A stretch of 62,657 bases of DNA, filler included, from Nemertoderma westbladi (lineage: Eukaryota; Animalia; Xenacoelomorpha): NCBI GenBank assembly GCA_032718475.1. It is 3 parts of 3 records of this genome, joined end to end, with 100 filler letters (N's around TTAATTAATTAA, not from the genome) between each part and the next. Parts side by side here need not be neighbours in the genome. Positions count along the whole stretch, not along the records: positions 28,385 to 53,251 come from JAUCBJ010006080.1; positions 53,352 to 62,657 come from JAUCBJ010008279.1; 1 more part is not named here. One strand, written 5' to 3'. Every line of letters begins with the position of its first letter. The stretch's first letter is position 1. Under the pieces are notes generated by a model. The model saw only the letters and a list, made by a program, of their open reading frames with translations. It was not told the DNA's origin and did not search any database. Positions 42,870 through 54,733 of the stretch are shown one piece after another. The translations under genes and the position numbers were made by a program.

Positions 42870-44201
42870 ATGCCCAATGATGAAGTACTTGATGTATCTA
42901 CTTCTCTGGTGGGAAACATAGTTCTGTCAAGGTCACAACGTATTTATCGTTTGGTCAAAACAATATCATTAATACTAGCTTTTATATGTTTGGGTATGAA
43001 TGGTGAGATAGTCGGCCCAACTCTGCCTGATCTCCAAGAGAGAGTTGGTGTTAACTATGAAGAGATAGGACGAAGTTTGAGTGCACGGTCGCTTGGTGTG
43101 TTACTAGGAGGCATCGTCGGAGGGATCTTGTTTGATCGATTCACAAAGTTTCGTGATGCTGGTATTGCAATCGGGTTGATGTCATTTGGTGTAGCTGCGA
43201 TATTTATGCCCCGGACCAACAGTTTGTTGGTATTGGCTCTGTTGATGTATATAAAAGGTCAAGGAGCTTCACTAATTGATACAGGATGCGGCCCTTGCAT
43301 GCTTCGAATGTGGAAAAACAACCCAGGAGGGTTCACTTGTCTAATGCATGCTGGTTATGGCATAGGAAGCACCTTAGTTGTAATTGTTTCAAACAACTAC
43401 ATAAAGAATGTAAGTAATCAACACACACCGGGACCTGATTCTTTGTACAATTCTCATCCAGGTATCGAAGTTCCCTACTTAATTGTCGGAGTCATCTGCA
43501 TTTTATTATCATTTGTTTTCCTTGTTTTTCATTTTATTGAAACGCCTGATCCCTTCGAATCTATTTCCCAACAACGGTCAAACTTCCTCAATGTCTTCAC
43601 AGATGTCCTTCTCACACCCAGGAATGCCTGTTTCGGGACTCAGATGGTTGTCTGCTTGGTTGTATTATCCTTTGGTGTTGTGGGAGGGGAACGTGCTTAT
43701 GGGAAATTCGTATTTACTTACCTGGAAACTAGCGAACTTAATTTCACTAAAGATGAGGCATCTGTGGCACTAGCTTCTTACTGGATCATATTTACAATAT
43801 TTAGATGCATTGCATTTGTTCTCAGTTTTTGGGTTTCTAATTCCATATTAATTGTAATTTCCTGTTGCACTGTACTAGCAAGTTCTATAGGCCTTACGTT
43901 TCTTCATAAATACATCGCGGCCTTTTGGGCCTTCAGTAGTTTTTTTGCAGCATCAAAAAGCCCTCTCGCTCCTTTAGTTCTGGGATGGTTGAATCTCTAC
44001 ATAGAAATGTCCAGTATAATGTTCATGTTTCAAATCAGCGGAAATGCTATTGGTGGCGTTGTGTTGCAATGGCTGACAGGGTATTTGTTTCAATATTATG
44101 GACCAATATCTTTTACTTATGTGGTGACTGGTATTTCTGTCATAATCACTATCTCGTTTACAATTATGTATTTGTTAGCTGTGAGACATGGGCGACGTTA
44201 G
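42870..44201 (+). CDS. MFSD4: MFS transporter, MFSD4/sodium-dependent glucose transporter-like (443 aa), single exon
   Basis: About 12 hydrophobic segments. GPTLPDL, GGILFDRF, MHAGYGIGS and GGERAYGKFVFTY motifs are typical of the MFSD4 group. ORF uninterrupted. Confidence 0.82.
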   Translation: MPNDEVLDVSTSLVGNIVLSRSQRIYRLVKTISLILAFICLGMNGEIVGPTLPDLQERVGVNYEEIGRSLSARSLGVLLGGIVGGILFDRFTKFRDAGIAIGLMSFGVAAIFMPRTNSLLVLALLMYIKGQGASLIDTGCGPCMLRMWKNNPGGFTCLMHAGYGIGSTLVVIVSNNYIKNVSNQHTPGPDSLYNSHPGIEVPYLIVGVICILLSFVFLVFHFIETPDPFESISQQRSNFLNVFTDVLLTPRNACFGTQMVVCLVVLSFGVVGGERAYGKFVFTYLETSELNFTKDEASVALASYWIIFTIFRCIAFVLSFWVSNSILIVISCCTVLASSIGLTFLHKYIAAFWAFSSFFAASKSPLAPLVLGWLNLYIEMSSIMFMFQISGNAIGGVVLQWLTGYLFQYYGPISFTYVVTGISVIITISFTIMYLLAVRHGRR

Positions 44202-44542
44202 GTTGTACAAAAGCCAACATGTTTTAAAATATAAGTTAATTTAGTGTTAATATGCAATATTGTCAACTTTTTCAATCATAATTATTAGGAGTCTGCATGA
44301 CAGCGGGATCCTTACTGTAAAAATCTCTGGTCATATAACACTGACCGACTCACTCATTCATTCATTCACTCACTCACTGATCATAATCCAGGTTCAGGCA
44401 CTTACTGCCTGGCGTTTTTTTTATGTAATTTTGCAAGTAAATTGCTTTGTTGGTTCGAAATCGCGTTACAAAAAAATCTCAGATTGATTCTATGTGTGGT
44501 ATTCGATATATTTCGTCTTTTGTTTATTAGTATTTAATGTTT

Positions 44543-46310
44543 AGGAGATCGATCAACTTGCTTGCTGGTTGAAAAAGCCAACTAACCACCAAGGTTAAGG
44601 CTGAATCACCAGCCGATCACCTCAATGGTTGGAAGGCCCACTTTGAAAAGCTCCTCAATAATGACAGGGTACTTTATAGAAGTAAAAGTGTCTGAGTCTG
44701 TACTCCCAGATATTCCCATTGGTGATATCTCCTTTGCAGAAGTGAAGGCAGCTGCAAAGAGCATTAAGACCAATCGTGCCAGTGGAGTAGATGGTGTCCC
44801 CCCTGAGGTCTTTAAAATACCTGAGTGTTTAAAGCTCATCTATCCCATCATAGTAGACATGTACCGAACAACAAGAGTCCCACAAGAAATGAAAACAAAT
44901 AAGTTGGTGCCAGTTCCCAAGAAAGGCAACCTAACACTCTATGGTTCTTTTCGGGGAATCTCATTGATCTCGATTGCTGCAAAGCTATACAATAGAATTC
45001 TATTAAATCGCATCAGGGATCCCATTGAGAGACTGCTCCGTGAAAATCAGAATGGGTTCCGTAAAGGTCGTGGGACCATGGAGCCTATTTTGGCACTTAG
45101 AAGGATAATTGAAGAGTTATCAAAAAAGAAAGACAGGCATCTGGCTGTTATCTTTGTTGACTTCTTCAAGGCCTTTGATTCAGTCTCTCGCTCACGTATG
45201 TTCAGCATACTTTCATTATATGGGATTCCTGATGAAATTATTACAGCAATCAGATCAGTATACGATGGTTCGACAACATTTGTTTCTACTGTTGACGGTG
45301 ACACAGAACCATTTGAAGTGTTATGGGGCGTCCTCCAGGGAGACACACTTGCACCATTCTTGTTCATAATTGTTGTTGACTATGTTCCACGCATGTCCTT
45401 ATATCATCATAATGATGATGGGGTGATGATAACTCCACCTACTGGCTCCAGAATTCGAGGAAATCCTGCCAAGTACCTAACTGATCTAGACTTTGCTGAT
45501 GACTTAGGAGTACTCTCAGAATCACTAGAGGGAGCCCAACGGCTCCTCAGCTCATTAGAACATGCTGCTTCTAGTGTTGGTCTTTTTATTAACTCCAGAA
45601 AGACCAACATTTTGACAGTTAACTTTGAAAGTCCTCAGCAAGTCTCTGATCGGATGAGCATATGCTCAAAAGATGGTATGCTTGAGCATGTGGATGACTT
45701 CTGTTACCTGGGATCATGGATCCGCAAGTCAGGTGAGGACCTTCGAATACGTAAGGGAAAGGCATGGGCAGCCTTGAATAGGCTTTCCAGGATTTGGAAG
45801 TCAACGAGAATTAATCGTAAACTTAAGGTCCGATTGTTTAGAGCAGCAGTAGCTCCAGTACTCCTCTATGGGAGTCCATGCTGGGCTCTAACTGCTGAGG
45901 ACACCAAATCTCTGGATGGCACATTCACAAGAATGCTACACCGGGTTCATTGTGTCAAGTACAATGCACACATCTCCAACCAGACACTATATAACATTGG
46001 AGGTGTCTCATTGGTTCCCCCAAGCTTGACACTAGAACAAAATCGCCTCCGCTTTGCAGGGCATTGCTTTCGCCATGAGGACCAGCCAGTGCATAATCTT
46101 GTACTTTGGCAGCCTCATGGAGTGAATAAGCATGGTGGACAGCCCATGACTTTCTTGAGACATATCTTAATGGACACTGGCCTTGAAGATGCGAATGATC
46201 TAGCAAATGTCATGGGTGATAGGGAGTTGTGGCGGTGCAATTTTGTCGATAAGCCAGCACAGCATTCTTAAAAATGCAGCTGCAATGCAGCATGCCGATC
46301 CTAGTAGTAG
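44543..46310 (+). mobile_element. 5'-truncated RTE-like LINE (family A), longest copy
   Basis: RT ORF, short 3' UTR and (TAG)n tail. 19-bp TSD TTATTA(G/C)TATTTAATGTTT at 44524-44542 and 46311-46329. Confidence 0.92.
44625..46271 (+). CDS. Reverse transcriptase (N-terminally truncated LINE ORF)
   Basis: FRGISL, QNGFR, VDFFKAFD, GVLQGDTLAPFLF, DFADD and YLGS motifs. Confidence 0.9.
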   Translation: MVGRPTLKSSSIMTGYFIEVKVSESVLPDIPIGDISFAEVKAAAKSIKTNRASGVDGVPPEVFKIPECLKLIYPIIVDMYRTTRVPQEMKTNKLVPVPKKGNLTLYGSFRGISLISIAAKLYNRILLNRIRDPIERLLRENQNGFRKGRGTMEPILALRRIIEELSKKKDRHLAVIFVDFFKAFDSVSRSRMFSILSLYGIPDEIITAIRSVYDGSTTFVSTVDGDTEPFEVLWGVLQGDTLAPFLFIIVVDYVPRMSLYHHNDDGVMITPPTGSRIRGNPAKYLTDLDFADDLGVLSESLEGAQRLLSSLEHAASSVGLFINSRKTNILTVNFESPQQVSDRMSICSKDGMLEHVDDFCYLGSWIRKSGEDLRIRKGKAWAALNRLSRIWKSTRINRKLKVRLFRAAVAPVLLYGSPCWALTAEDTKSLDGTFTRMLHRVHCVKYNAHISNQTLYNIGGVSLVPPSLTLEQNRLRFAGHCFRHEDQPVHNLVLWQPHGVNKHGGQPMTFLRHILMDTGLEDANDLANVMGDRELWRCNFVDKPAQHS

Positions 46311-47846
46311 TTATTACTATTTAATGTTTTTAATATTATTATTATTATTTTGTCACAAAATTAAATATATTTAGACATTCATGGACAGCTGTTCACAATG
46401 AAAAATGGTTCATGTAATGGATTTCTATACAGGCTTAGTAAAATTTGATGAGGTTGCCAATATTACTGTACTTAGTTCACCCATACTGTTTGTTTAGGCC
46501 CTACCACTCTCTGGCAAAGTTGAATTTCTCAATAGACTAGCATTACTGTGTGTTTAATATTTCATACGCTGATGGCCTTCACACACTCGACACAAAGAGA
46601 ATTTGTAATTGTTGGATGCTAACAGCATATAACTACTGTTAGCGAGAGCGAGAACAAATGCCTGACAAATCTGACAAACAGGTCTACTCCCTCTCTGACC
46701 AGTGAGGCAGAAAAAACAGTCTACGAACAGAAAAAACTCACCAGAAAACAATCCCCGCGCAGCGAAGCCTAAACTAATAACGCTGATGGACTGACTACGT
46801 TCGCAGACTTCCCGCAGTGTGATTTAGATGGGGGGTGGATGTGCTAGCTAAATACTAGCAGACTAGCGGCAAATAAACACAGTCTCTTATATAATAAAAT
46901 GTGAGGAACAAATAAAATGTTCTAGAACACGTGTGTGTGTGCTAATTTGAATCAAACAAAATGGCGGAACAAAATCATATCAAACAGTTTGTGTAAATAT
47001 GGGGGTGTATACCTTTTTACTAGGGGTAGGTGGTTGGTAGGGCAAAAAATCGGATGCTGGATTACTAGAATAAATCCAGTCACCCTTTTTTGTACGTAGG
47101 TCTAATACTCACAAATAATGAGGGGTTCTCCTTCGTATTTGGGATTCAATCGGGCATGCAAGGTGTTATGAGCTACGCCCGAATTCGGCACCCTTTACCA
47201 GACTATAATTATTAAGGAGAGTGAAATGCTGTTATTTACTACGGTACTGAATCTGGTTACAGAATCTGTTGCAGCGGCAGTTCCTATCAGTACTTTGGCA
47301 AAGGACACGGTAGTGTTAGTATAACCGTCTTAGCCCTATGTTGTATGCCAAATAGCAGTAAATCTGCCCTCTGCCTAGATAATATAGTCAAATTCAGGCA
47401 GAAACAGCTGACATCCCTACAGCCTACAGGACAATTTGGTACTAACAGCTTTCGCTATCAAAATGGCCACCAAATTACCACTAAGTATGCCCTTTGGCCC
47501 CTTTGCCCCTGTAGGTGTATGAAGGTGAACCGTGGGTTTCCCTGCCTGAACCTGAATATATTATCTCTAAAATTTTATGGCGTCCCAGTACGTCACTACC
47601 TTCCGCCTGTCAATCTATGGTCTTACAGCGAGGCTGGAAGGCGTCAAGCGTGGTCTTACCTGGGAGAGGGCTGGGTCGAATAATCGGAAAAGTCTATCTT
47701 GTGGGTCCCCTTCATGCATCTTGTTGACGTTCCTTCTGTTGCCACTGTCGGAGGAATTTAAGCCGCCATTTGTTACCAGAAACTTAAATTCGTAACCGGT
47801 ACCAGTTGACTGTTTTTTATGAAATAAAAAAGGTAGGTTCCTTATC

Positions 47847-47869
47847 GGGCCGCCAGGCCCTTCACTAGT
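47847..47869 (+). mobile_element. Helitron/Helentron-like 3' terminus
   Basis: GGGCC-GCCA-GGCCC hairpin followed 4 nt later by CTAG|T. No 5' end identified. Confidence 0.3.
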
Positions 47870-48427
47870 AAATATTCGCTAATCTTATATCTTGTAAATG
47901 TGCTTGATAATGAAATTATTTGCTTCATATAATAATATGTTCACAGTTCACAACTCTATAATATTGAAACGCCATAATCTGGGTATATATATGGGTAAAC
48001 AAAGGTTATAGGTTTGACCTATTAATTTATGTAATCGATCTATTCGTCTCCAAGTTCATTACACACACATTGATTCTGGGTTACAACTAATAAGCAATCA
48101 ATGACAAATTCTAGTTGAGTTTATTGATAATAATGAAAATCAATCAAGTTCATTACTCATATAGTCTTCTTGAACTTTAATAATAGCGCACACCGACGTC
48201 TAATAATTGGCTGAAGTGTTTTCGAGAGCAATGGATATTGAGCTCAACATGTTAAGATCTTACATATTCTTAATTATCTCGATAATTAATTAATTAATTA
48301 TCGCGTAACTTTCCTATTGCATTGCCGATACACATATAAACCACCATACAAAGTCTTGTAGCTACGGAAGCCCAAAATGGCCAGACAACCACACACACAT
48401 CATTTTTCATTTTATGGGGGTTGGGGT

Positions 48428-48647
48428 ATGTGTGTGGTTGTCCAGTTGTGTGTGTGGTTGTCCAGTTGTGTGTGTGGTTGTCCAGTTGTGTGTGTGGTTG
48501 TCCAGCTGTGTGTGTGGTTGTCCAGTTGTGTGTGTGGTTGTCCAGTTGTGTGTGTAGTTGTCCAGTTGTGTGTGCGGTTGTCCAGTTGTGTGTGTGGTTG
48601 TCCAGTTGTGTGTGTAGTTGTCCAGTTGTGTGTGTGGTTGTCCAGCT
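48428..48647. repeat. 20-bp subterminal tandem repeat (~11 units)
   Basis: TGTGTGTGGTTGTCCAGTTG, with inverted partial copies (ACAACCACACACAC) at ~48384 and ~48658. Confidence 0.92.
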
Positions 48648-49120
48648 ATTTACTGGTCAACCACACACACACACACACTACTGCACTAAGTGCTCCAAAT
48701 AGGCCAACCATTCATTGGTTCGATTTTGACATTTTGATATTGTTATTAGTAGGGGGAAATTTGAAATTTAATGAAATTCTATCAACCTATTGTTGATATT
48801 GCAGTAGGCCCTACTGGTATTGGTTTTATATTACAGTATTGTATGCAGGCCTACAGATGTATGTAATTATCGCCGTAATTATACCGGTCCGGTGTCTATG
48901 CTCTACCCTGCAGATACTAAAACTACAGTAATGATGCAATTTTTGTTTGTTATTCCGATTTCTCGTTATGTTTTGTACTCAGTGTGGAATAAATCTCGTC
49001 GATTCTGCGAAATTCTGTCACCAATGTGGAACAAAAGTTGTAGGTACCGGCAATGAATAATTTACAGGTGCTGCTACCGGTACTACTAGTGGTGGCAGCT
49101 CTACTCATCAATCATCACTC

Positions 49121-51804
49121 ATGTCGTTTACCGAATATCTCTCAACCAAGAAACGAGGACATATCGCTGTCGATGACGATACTGATAGACAAATTGGATC
49201 AACCAAAAAAGGAAGAAATCTATCCAGACCAAGTACCGCTCTGAATACTTTTGTTAATATAGGCGCCTGTTGGTATAACAAGAAGATAGAAGCTCTTAAA
49301 ATGGTGTGGAGGAAGAGTGTTCAAATATCCATTAACCGAGATGCTGACTATACTATGTTATTAGATGTAGCGATATGTAAATACCGAGCATTATTTAGCG
49401 ACGTTTTTTCCGAACTGATATCGGATGGCGATCTTATTTTACTATATATGGATAAAAAACCGTGTGTTAAACTGCCATGCAGTGGCAACAAGTTCGTCCT
49501 ATCTCAATATAAAGATGAGATAAATAAGGATTATAAGCGGCTAACGTTTCTTCTATGTACGCAGAAAGATTACGATGAATCCATCAGCATGAATGTAGGT
49601 GACCAGGACGCCAGGTTGCCTGAACCGAACGAGTCGTCGATAGGAATGACATTTGCCGCCATTGACTACGCTGAAAGCCACAACATGAATCTAGGCGGGG
49701 AGGAGGTTTTGCCTGTACCGAACAAGTCGTTAATAGGAATGACATTTGCTGCCATTGGAATGACATTGCTTGTAAATGAGGTCATCAGACCTCAAGCGGC
49801 TATTGTGGGTACATGCCGTTGACTATGACGAAAGCCACAATATGAATCTAGGCGGTTGGGAGGTTTTGCCTGATCCGAACGAGTCATCGACAAGGGAGAC
49901 AATCGCTCCTGCATCCCGTCCTGAAACACTCTATGAGATTCTTGATCGTATCACAAGTGCTGACAAATGTGATGGTGAGCCACTAAATAAAATTAATGCT
50001 GATCGAGACGATATTCTAGATAGCGCATATCGAGGCTTTGCTCGGAAAACATTTAATATTAAAAATAAATTAAGTGTTAAATTCGATGACGAAACCGGAA
50101 TAGATCAGGGTGGATTGAGTCGCGAATTTATGCGCCTTGCCACAATAAGTATTCGAGATTCAGGAATGTTTCACGGCCCCGAGACGCGAAAAATTATATC
50201 CCTTGATTATAATGGTGAGTGATATGAATATCTATTTAATTTTAATTAATTAGTTAGATTTAATTAATTAATTTGAAATTATAGCTCAACTACTGCGTAC
50301 TGTTACTTAGTTTTAGTAATTTATTTTTTTAGCTTTAAATCAGGAGCGATATTTTTTGGCTGGGAAGATGTTAGGATACTTCATTATTAATCGGGGACCA
50401 ACACCCAACTTCTTCGATCCAGTTATGTTCGATATGATTTGTGATGGCGTGGATGAAATCCAACCAAAGATAAAAGACATTGAGGATTTCGATATTCAGC
50501 AGCAAGTTCAGGATGTAAGTAGATTTTTGAATATGTATTCGTGTAATATTTTAAGTACTATTCGAGGTTAAATATGGTGTAATCGATTTTTCGTGCCTCC
50601 GTAGGCAAACATACAAAATACACTTCCTCGGGACTCTGATTTTAATAACGAAATAATTACCAAATAATTATTCCCCCCTTCCTTATCCAGTCGTAATATT
50701 CATCTCAAAAATAATTCAATCTATATTTCAATATTTCCAGATCGAAGATGCTATTACTGAGGATGAATTCAGAATGTCTATTGCCAACGGAAGTGAAGTA
50801 ATCTCAATGGCAGGCTGCTTTAATCTTTCCATTACACCTAACACCAAAGATTCTCTGGTGGCTGCGCTATGCAAATTTCTTGTAACCGATAGAATTCGCG
50901 CTCCTGTCCAACAGTAAGTTAGAAGCCGCATCCAAATAAATTAAATAATGCTATGAAGTGTCTACCAATAAGTTTAATTAATAAGTAAGATAAAAGTAAA
51001 AATTTCAAAAATTTAGATTTCATGAAGGATTACAAACATGTTGCATAGTGGAAGAAATTAGGGACAATAGAGATGCATGGAAGGAAGCCTTTATATTCAG
51101 TGAAGATTTGACTTGTCAATGGGGAAATGGTAGAACGGATGTTCGAAATTAATTGGTCAGAGGAGCAGAGCAACCGAAAACGAAAAGAAAAAAAGATAGC
51201 TGTGTACTGGCGCGATCTGATACAAGATTTAAGTGGTAATATAATAATAATATTTTGATGATAAATATAGTGACGTTTACTTATATTGCACTGTAGCTAC
51301 AGTATATTGCTATTAATAAAATTTACTTTAATAAAAATTAAAATTTTAATAAAATAATTATTTAAAAATAAAAATTAAACTTCTATTTTTTAGTTAACTA
51401 CTGTACTGGTTATTTTTGTGACGGACGTTCAAGAGTGTTACAAAATTCGTGGCAAAAATCGTTAAAAAATAGCGTGACATCATTTGTGCATGACCCCTAA
51501 TTATTTTTTATTCATTTTTTTTATTATAGCTGGAGAGATTGGCTTGGTTAATCAGGTACCAATAGGCCTACGGGAACTATTGGTTTTCACTACGGGAGCG
51601 TCTTCTGTTCCTTCGCTTGGCTTTGACGTTCAGCCATCAATATCATTTATCCACGCCGAAGATGAAGATGAATACTATAAGGGTCTACCGAAAGCAAACA
51701 CATGTGCGCTAGAGCTAAAACTACCTGTTGTGAAGGACTACCAGTCATTTAAGAATGTTATGCTAAGAAGCATTGAGATGTTGACTACATTTAGCGATAG
51801 CTAA
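49121..51804 (+). pseudogene. G2E3-like HECT-domain E3 ubiquitin ligase, 5 exons (49121-50214, 50333-50514, 50741-50913, 51017-51235, 51530-51804), two frameshifts
   Basis: GT-AG introns join in phase. SVKFDDETGIDQGGLSREF, YFLAGKM, WSEEQSN..YWRD, LLVFTTGASSVPSLGF and LPKANTC (catalytic Cys). Frameshifts near 49760-49810 and ~51113. Confidence 0.85.
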
Positions 51805-52159
51805 TTAATTAGCATTATTCACTTATCCATTATTCACTTATTCACTTAGCATTATAACTCATCTTATGTTGTCCTTATGTATTTCCAACCATCCTTTGTA
51901 ACTAATCATAAATAGTTTCTACTTAAATGTAATGTAATTAATTAATAGTTTTTAGATTGATTAATCGATTTTATTGTAAACTGGATGGATTGAGAGGGGG
52001 AGGGGGGAGGGGGGTCCGCATTATTGTAAATTATAAGTACATAAAAAAAATTTATTTTATTTAATAGCCACAACAATAAGTGAACAATGCACAAGTAATG
52101 TTGAAATATGATTAACAAATGAGGTGTAAGGTGACAATAGAGTTACAATACCGATAAAT

Positions 52160-53251
52160 TTATTTGCATAGCTGTAAGAGATGCTCATAACGATCAAGTC
52201 CCTCTTTCCATGTATACGGTATAGAAGACCACTGCAGCGTTTGTTTTACATAATTACAATACTCCAACGTGTTATTCTCTCGAACAGCATATGGCACTCT
52301 GATAGAATTTATTTCGTCTAGTTTAGTACTGTTAATAGGCAGCGCAAGTTCTGGAATACCACCTTTTGATGCCAGGTTATAAAAATTGAAAATTGGCTTT
52401 CCACATATCGTATCATACCGTGATCGTCTGATGTAGTGCGTGTTCCAGTTCAGTACAATGTCATCCAACTGAGTTTGGATTAAAGGAGCCATACAAAACC
52501 ACATAATATCTCGTTGTAAAAGATCAGTAGGATCGTACATACCGATCTCAATGATATCGGCAAAGAAGTTCATCCACCATTGAGCAAAGGATTTGCGTAA
52601 CAGTGACCACCATGCTTCAATCCGTTGATTGTGTGGTGAGGGCACATATTTTCAGTACCCTTATCGGTTTCGTGACGAAGCGGACAGCCAAACTTACAAA
52701 CAGCTTCAAGATAAAAGTCGCAGATTAATTCAGGGTGGTTATTGGTCCGATCAACTCTTAACCATATTATATATCTGGACCACCCATCAATACATCCGTG
52801 TATGGGAAATCCGCACACTTTTAATTTGTCGTACCCATCGCAGTGCCATACTGAATTGGGACCTACAGTATGGTATTGCCTACCTTGAAGTCTCCTTCTG
52901 CTTCTCCTTTCCGTAGCCTCAGGATTTATTTGTCTTAATATGTTTTGAACGATACGTCGGGGAATACTGAATCCCTTGACCCTCAGGTGCTGCCACATGT
53001 GTCGGTAACCCCATAATCCACCAATTCCTCTTGTTAGAGAATTTATTTCAGTATAAACTTCGTCGTAAGTAGAACGGTGTTTGTGTCGTGAAAGACCAAG
53101 ATGATTAATAATTCTCCTTACTGTTCTCTGACTTATTTGAACATCATTGTGATTTATTAACATAGTAGTGATTTCTTTATATTTTAAACCACTGAAGAAG
53201 TATTTCTTAATTAAAATAGAAACATCATCATTATAGTTATCGAGTTCGGGG
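52160..53251 (-). pseudogene. Integrase-core (IS3/IS481-like) transposase with internal deletion/frameshift; 5' end in gap
   Basis: IKKYFFSGLKYKEI, ISQRTVRR, WGYRHMW, GPNSVWHCDGYDKL, IHGCIDGWSR, DKGTEN, HNQRIEAWW and WNTHYIR. The segment normally between GTEN and HNQRIE is shortened and shifted at ~52645. Confidence 0.88.
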
Positions 53252-53351
53252 NNNNNNNNNNNNNNNNNNNNNNNNNNNNNNNNNNNNNNNNNNNNTTAAT
53301 TAATTAANNNNNNNNNNNNNNNNNNNNNNNNNNNNNNNNNNNNNNNNNNNN
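53252..53351. other. Assembly spacer (44 N + TTAATTAATTAA + 44 N)
   Basis: Same structure as 28285-28384. Confidence 0.95.
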
Positions 53352-53357
53352 GCATCC

Positions 53358-54733
53358 TGTCTCCTCGTCATACTGCACATCACATCCCAGTACATCCAAG
53401 CAAAATCCCCAGTATGGCAGTCTCAATCAATATATGATCCCTATATTATCTGTGAGATTAAATTTCTTTCTATTCGGAAATCTAAGAAAAAATGAACCTG
53501 AAGAAATTTAAGATGAGGGAGGGTATGATTTCTTACTGTGATTTAACGAATTGCTTCCAAGATTAACATCATGCCCCTAAGCTAAGCTTCAACTATGTCT
53601 GTATGACCTCAAATAATAATCAGAAGGGAACAAGATATCCTGGCCTTGGAAACTTGTCTCATAGAGCTCTACAAAGTCCTTCCCACAGTCTTCATTTCAT
53701 TTAATTTATCACAACTCAATGGAACAGTGATGTTTATTTAAGATATGCCAGAACCTACTAGGATATAATTTTATTTCATGATGTGTTGTTATAATTTTAT
53801 TTAAAATTCATTTGGGTTGGGTAAAAGTTGATAATGCTGTTTGCAAATGTAAACTCCACAGTTTATGGTCCGAGTCCGTAACATTTTTTTTATGTGAGTC
53901 TGTAACAAACAATTCACTCGATAAATGTATTTTACCACAGCATGTTTTCTAATACTAATTAACAAATTTAAAAATGTTATGTTATGTTATAACATATGGC
54001 TTTACCTGGCAAACTCTAGATGAGGTATCTGGTCGGAAAAGTTGTGCTAAGGGGCTCTTCAAAGCTGATAGTCCTGAAGAACGTGCTGGGAAATGGAAAG
54101 ATCACTTCAGCAACTTGCTTGGGCAGCCACCAAACATCGAGGTCAGCCCTACAAGGAAAATATATGACAAGACACTACCTATAGAAACAGGGGACTTCAC
54201 ACCTGCCGAACTCCAAAGAAGCATTAAAAGCATGTCCATGTCCAATCAAAAAGCAAACTGTATTATATGAAATCCCTGCAGAGGTATGGAAAACAGGAGT
54301 GCTAAACAGACCACTATTGAATGTTTGCAACCATATGCTGAAATGGGAAAAATCACCACCAATTTGGACTAAAAGTCAACTAAAGCCTCTCCCTAAGAAA
54401 GGATACCTCGGTGTACCAACAAGCTATCGTGGGTCTGTGTGCTTGTGGCAGCTGCAAAAATATACAACAAAATGATTCTATATAGAATTAGACCTCAAAT
54501 AGAGAAACTACTGCTGCATAAGAGTCAAAATGGATTTCGACCATATAGATCAACAATAGTTCAGATACTTCCTCTATGGAGACTGATTGAGGGAAAAAAG
54601 TCATAAACAATCTCCTCGCTGTCCTGACATTTGTGGGCTTCAAGAAGGCATTCGACTCCATCCATAGAGGTAAAATGCTGGAAATCCTAAGAGCTTATGG
54701 AATACCAGAGGTAATTGTGGCTGGCATTTGATT
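53358..54733 (+). repeat. Left arm of inverted duplication
   Basis: Reverse complement of ~58733-60091. Confidence 0.92.

Larger units (their letters stand above)
48363..53251. mobile_element. IS3EU-like DNA transposon carrying a HECT E3 ligase gene; right end in gap
   Basis: Putative left end TACGGAAGCCC (TAY terminus) followed by subterminal 20-bp repeats. Convergent HECT and integrase-type transposase genes. Confidence 0.6.

Noticed and set aside
48377-48796. Cys/Val-rich ORFs
   Set aside because: Translations of the 20-bp TG-rich subterminal repeat.
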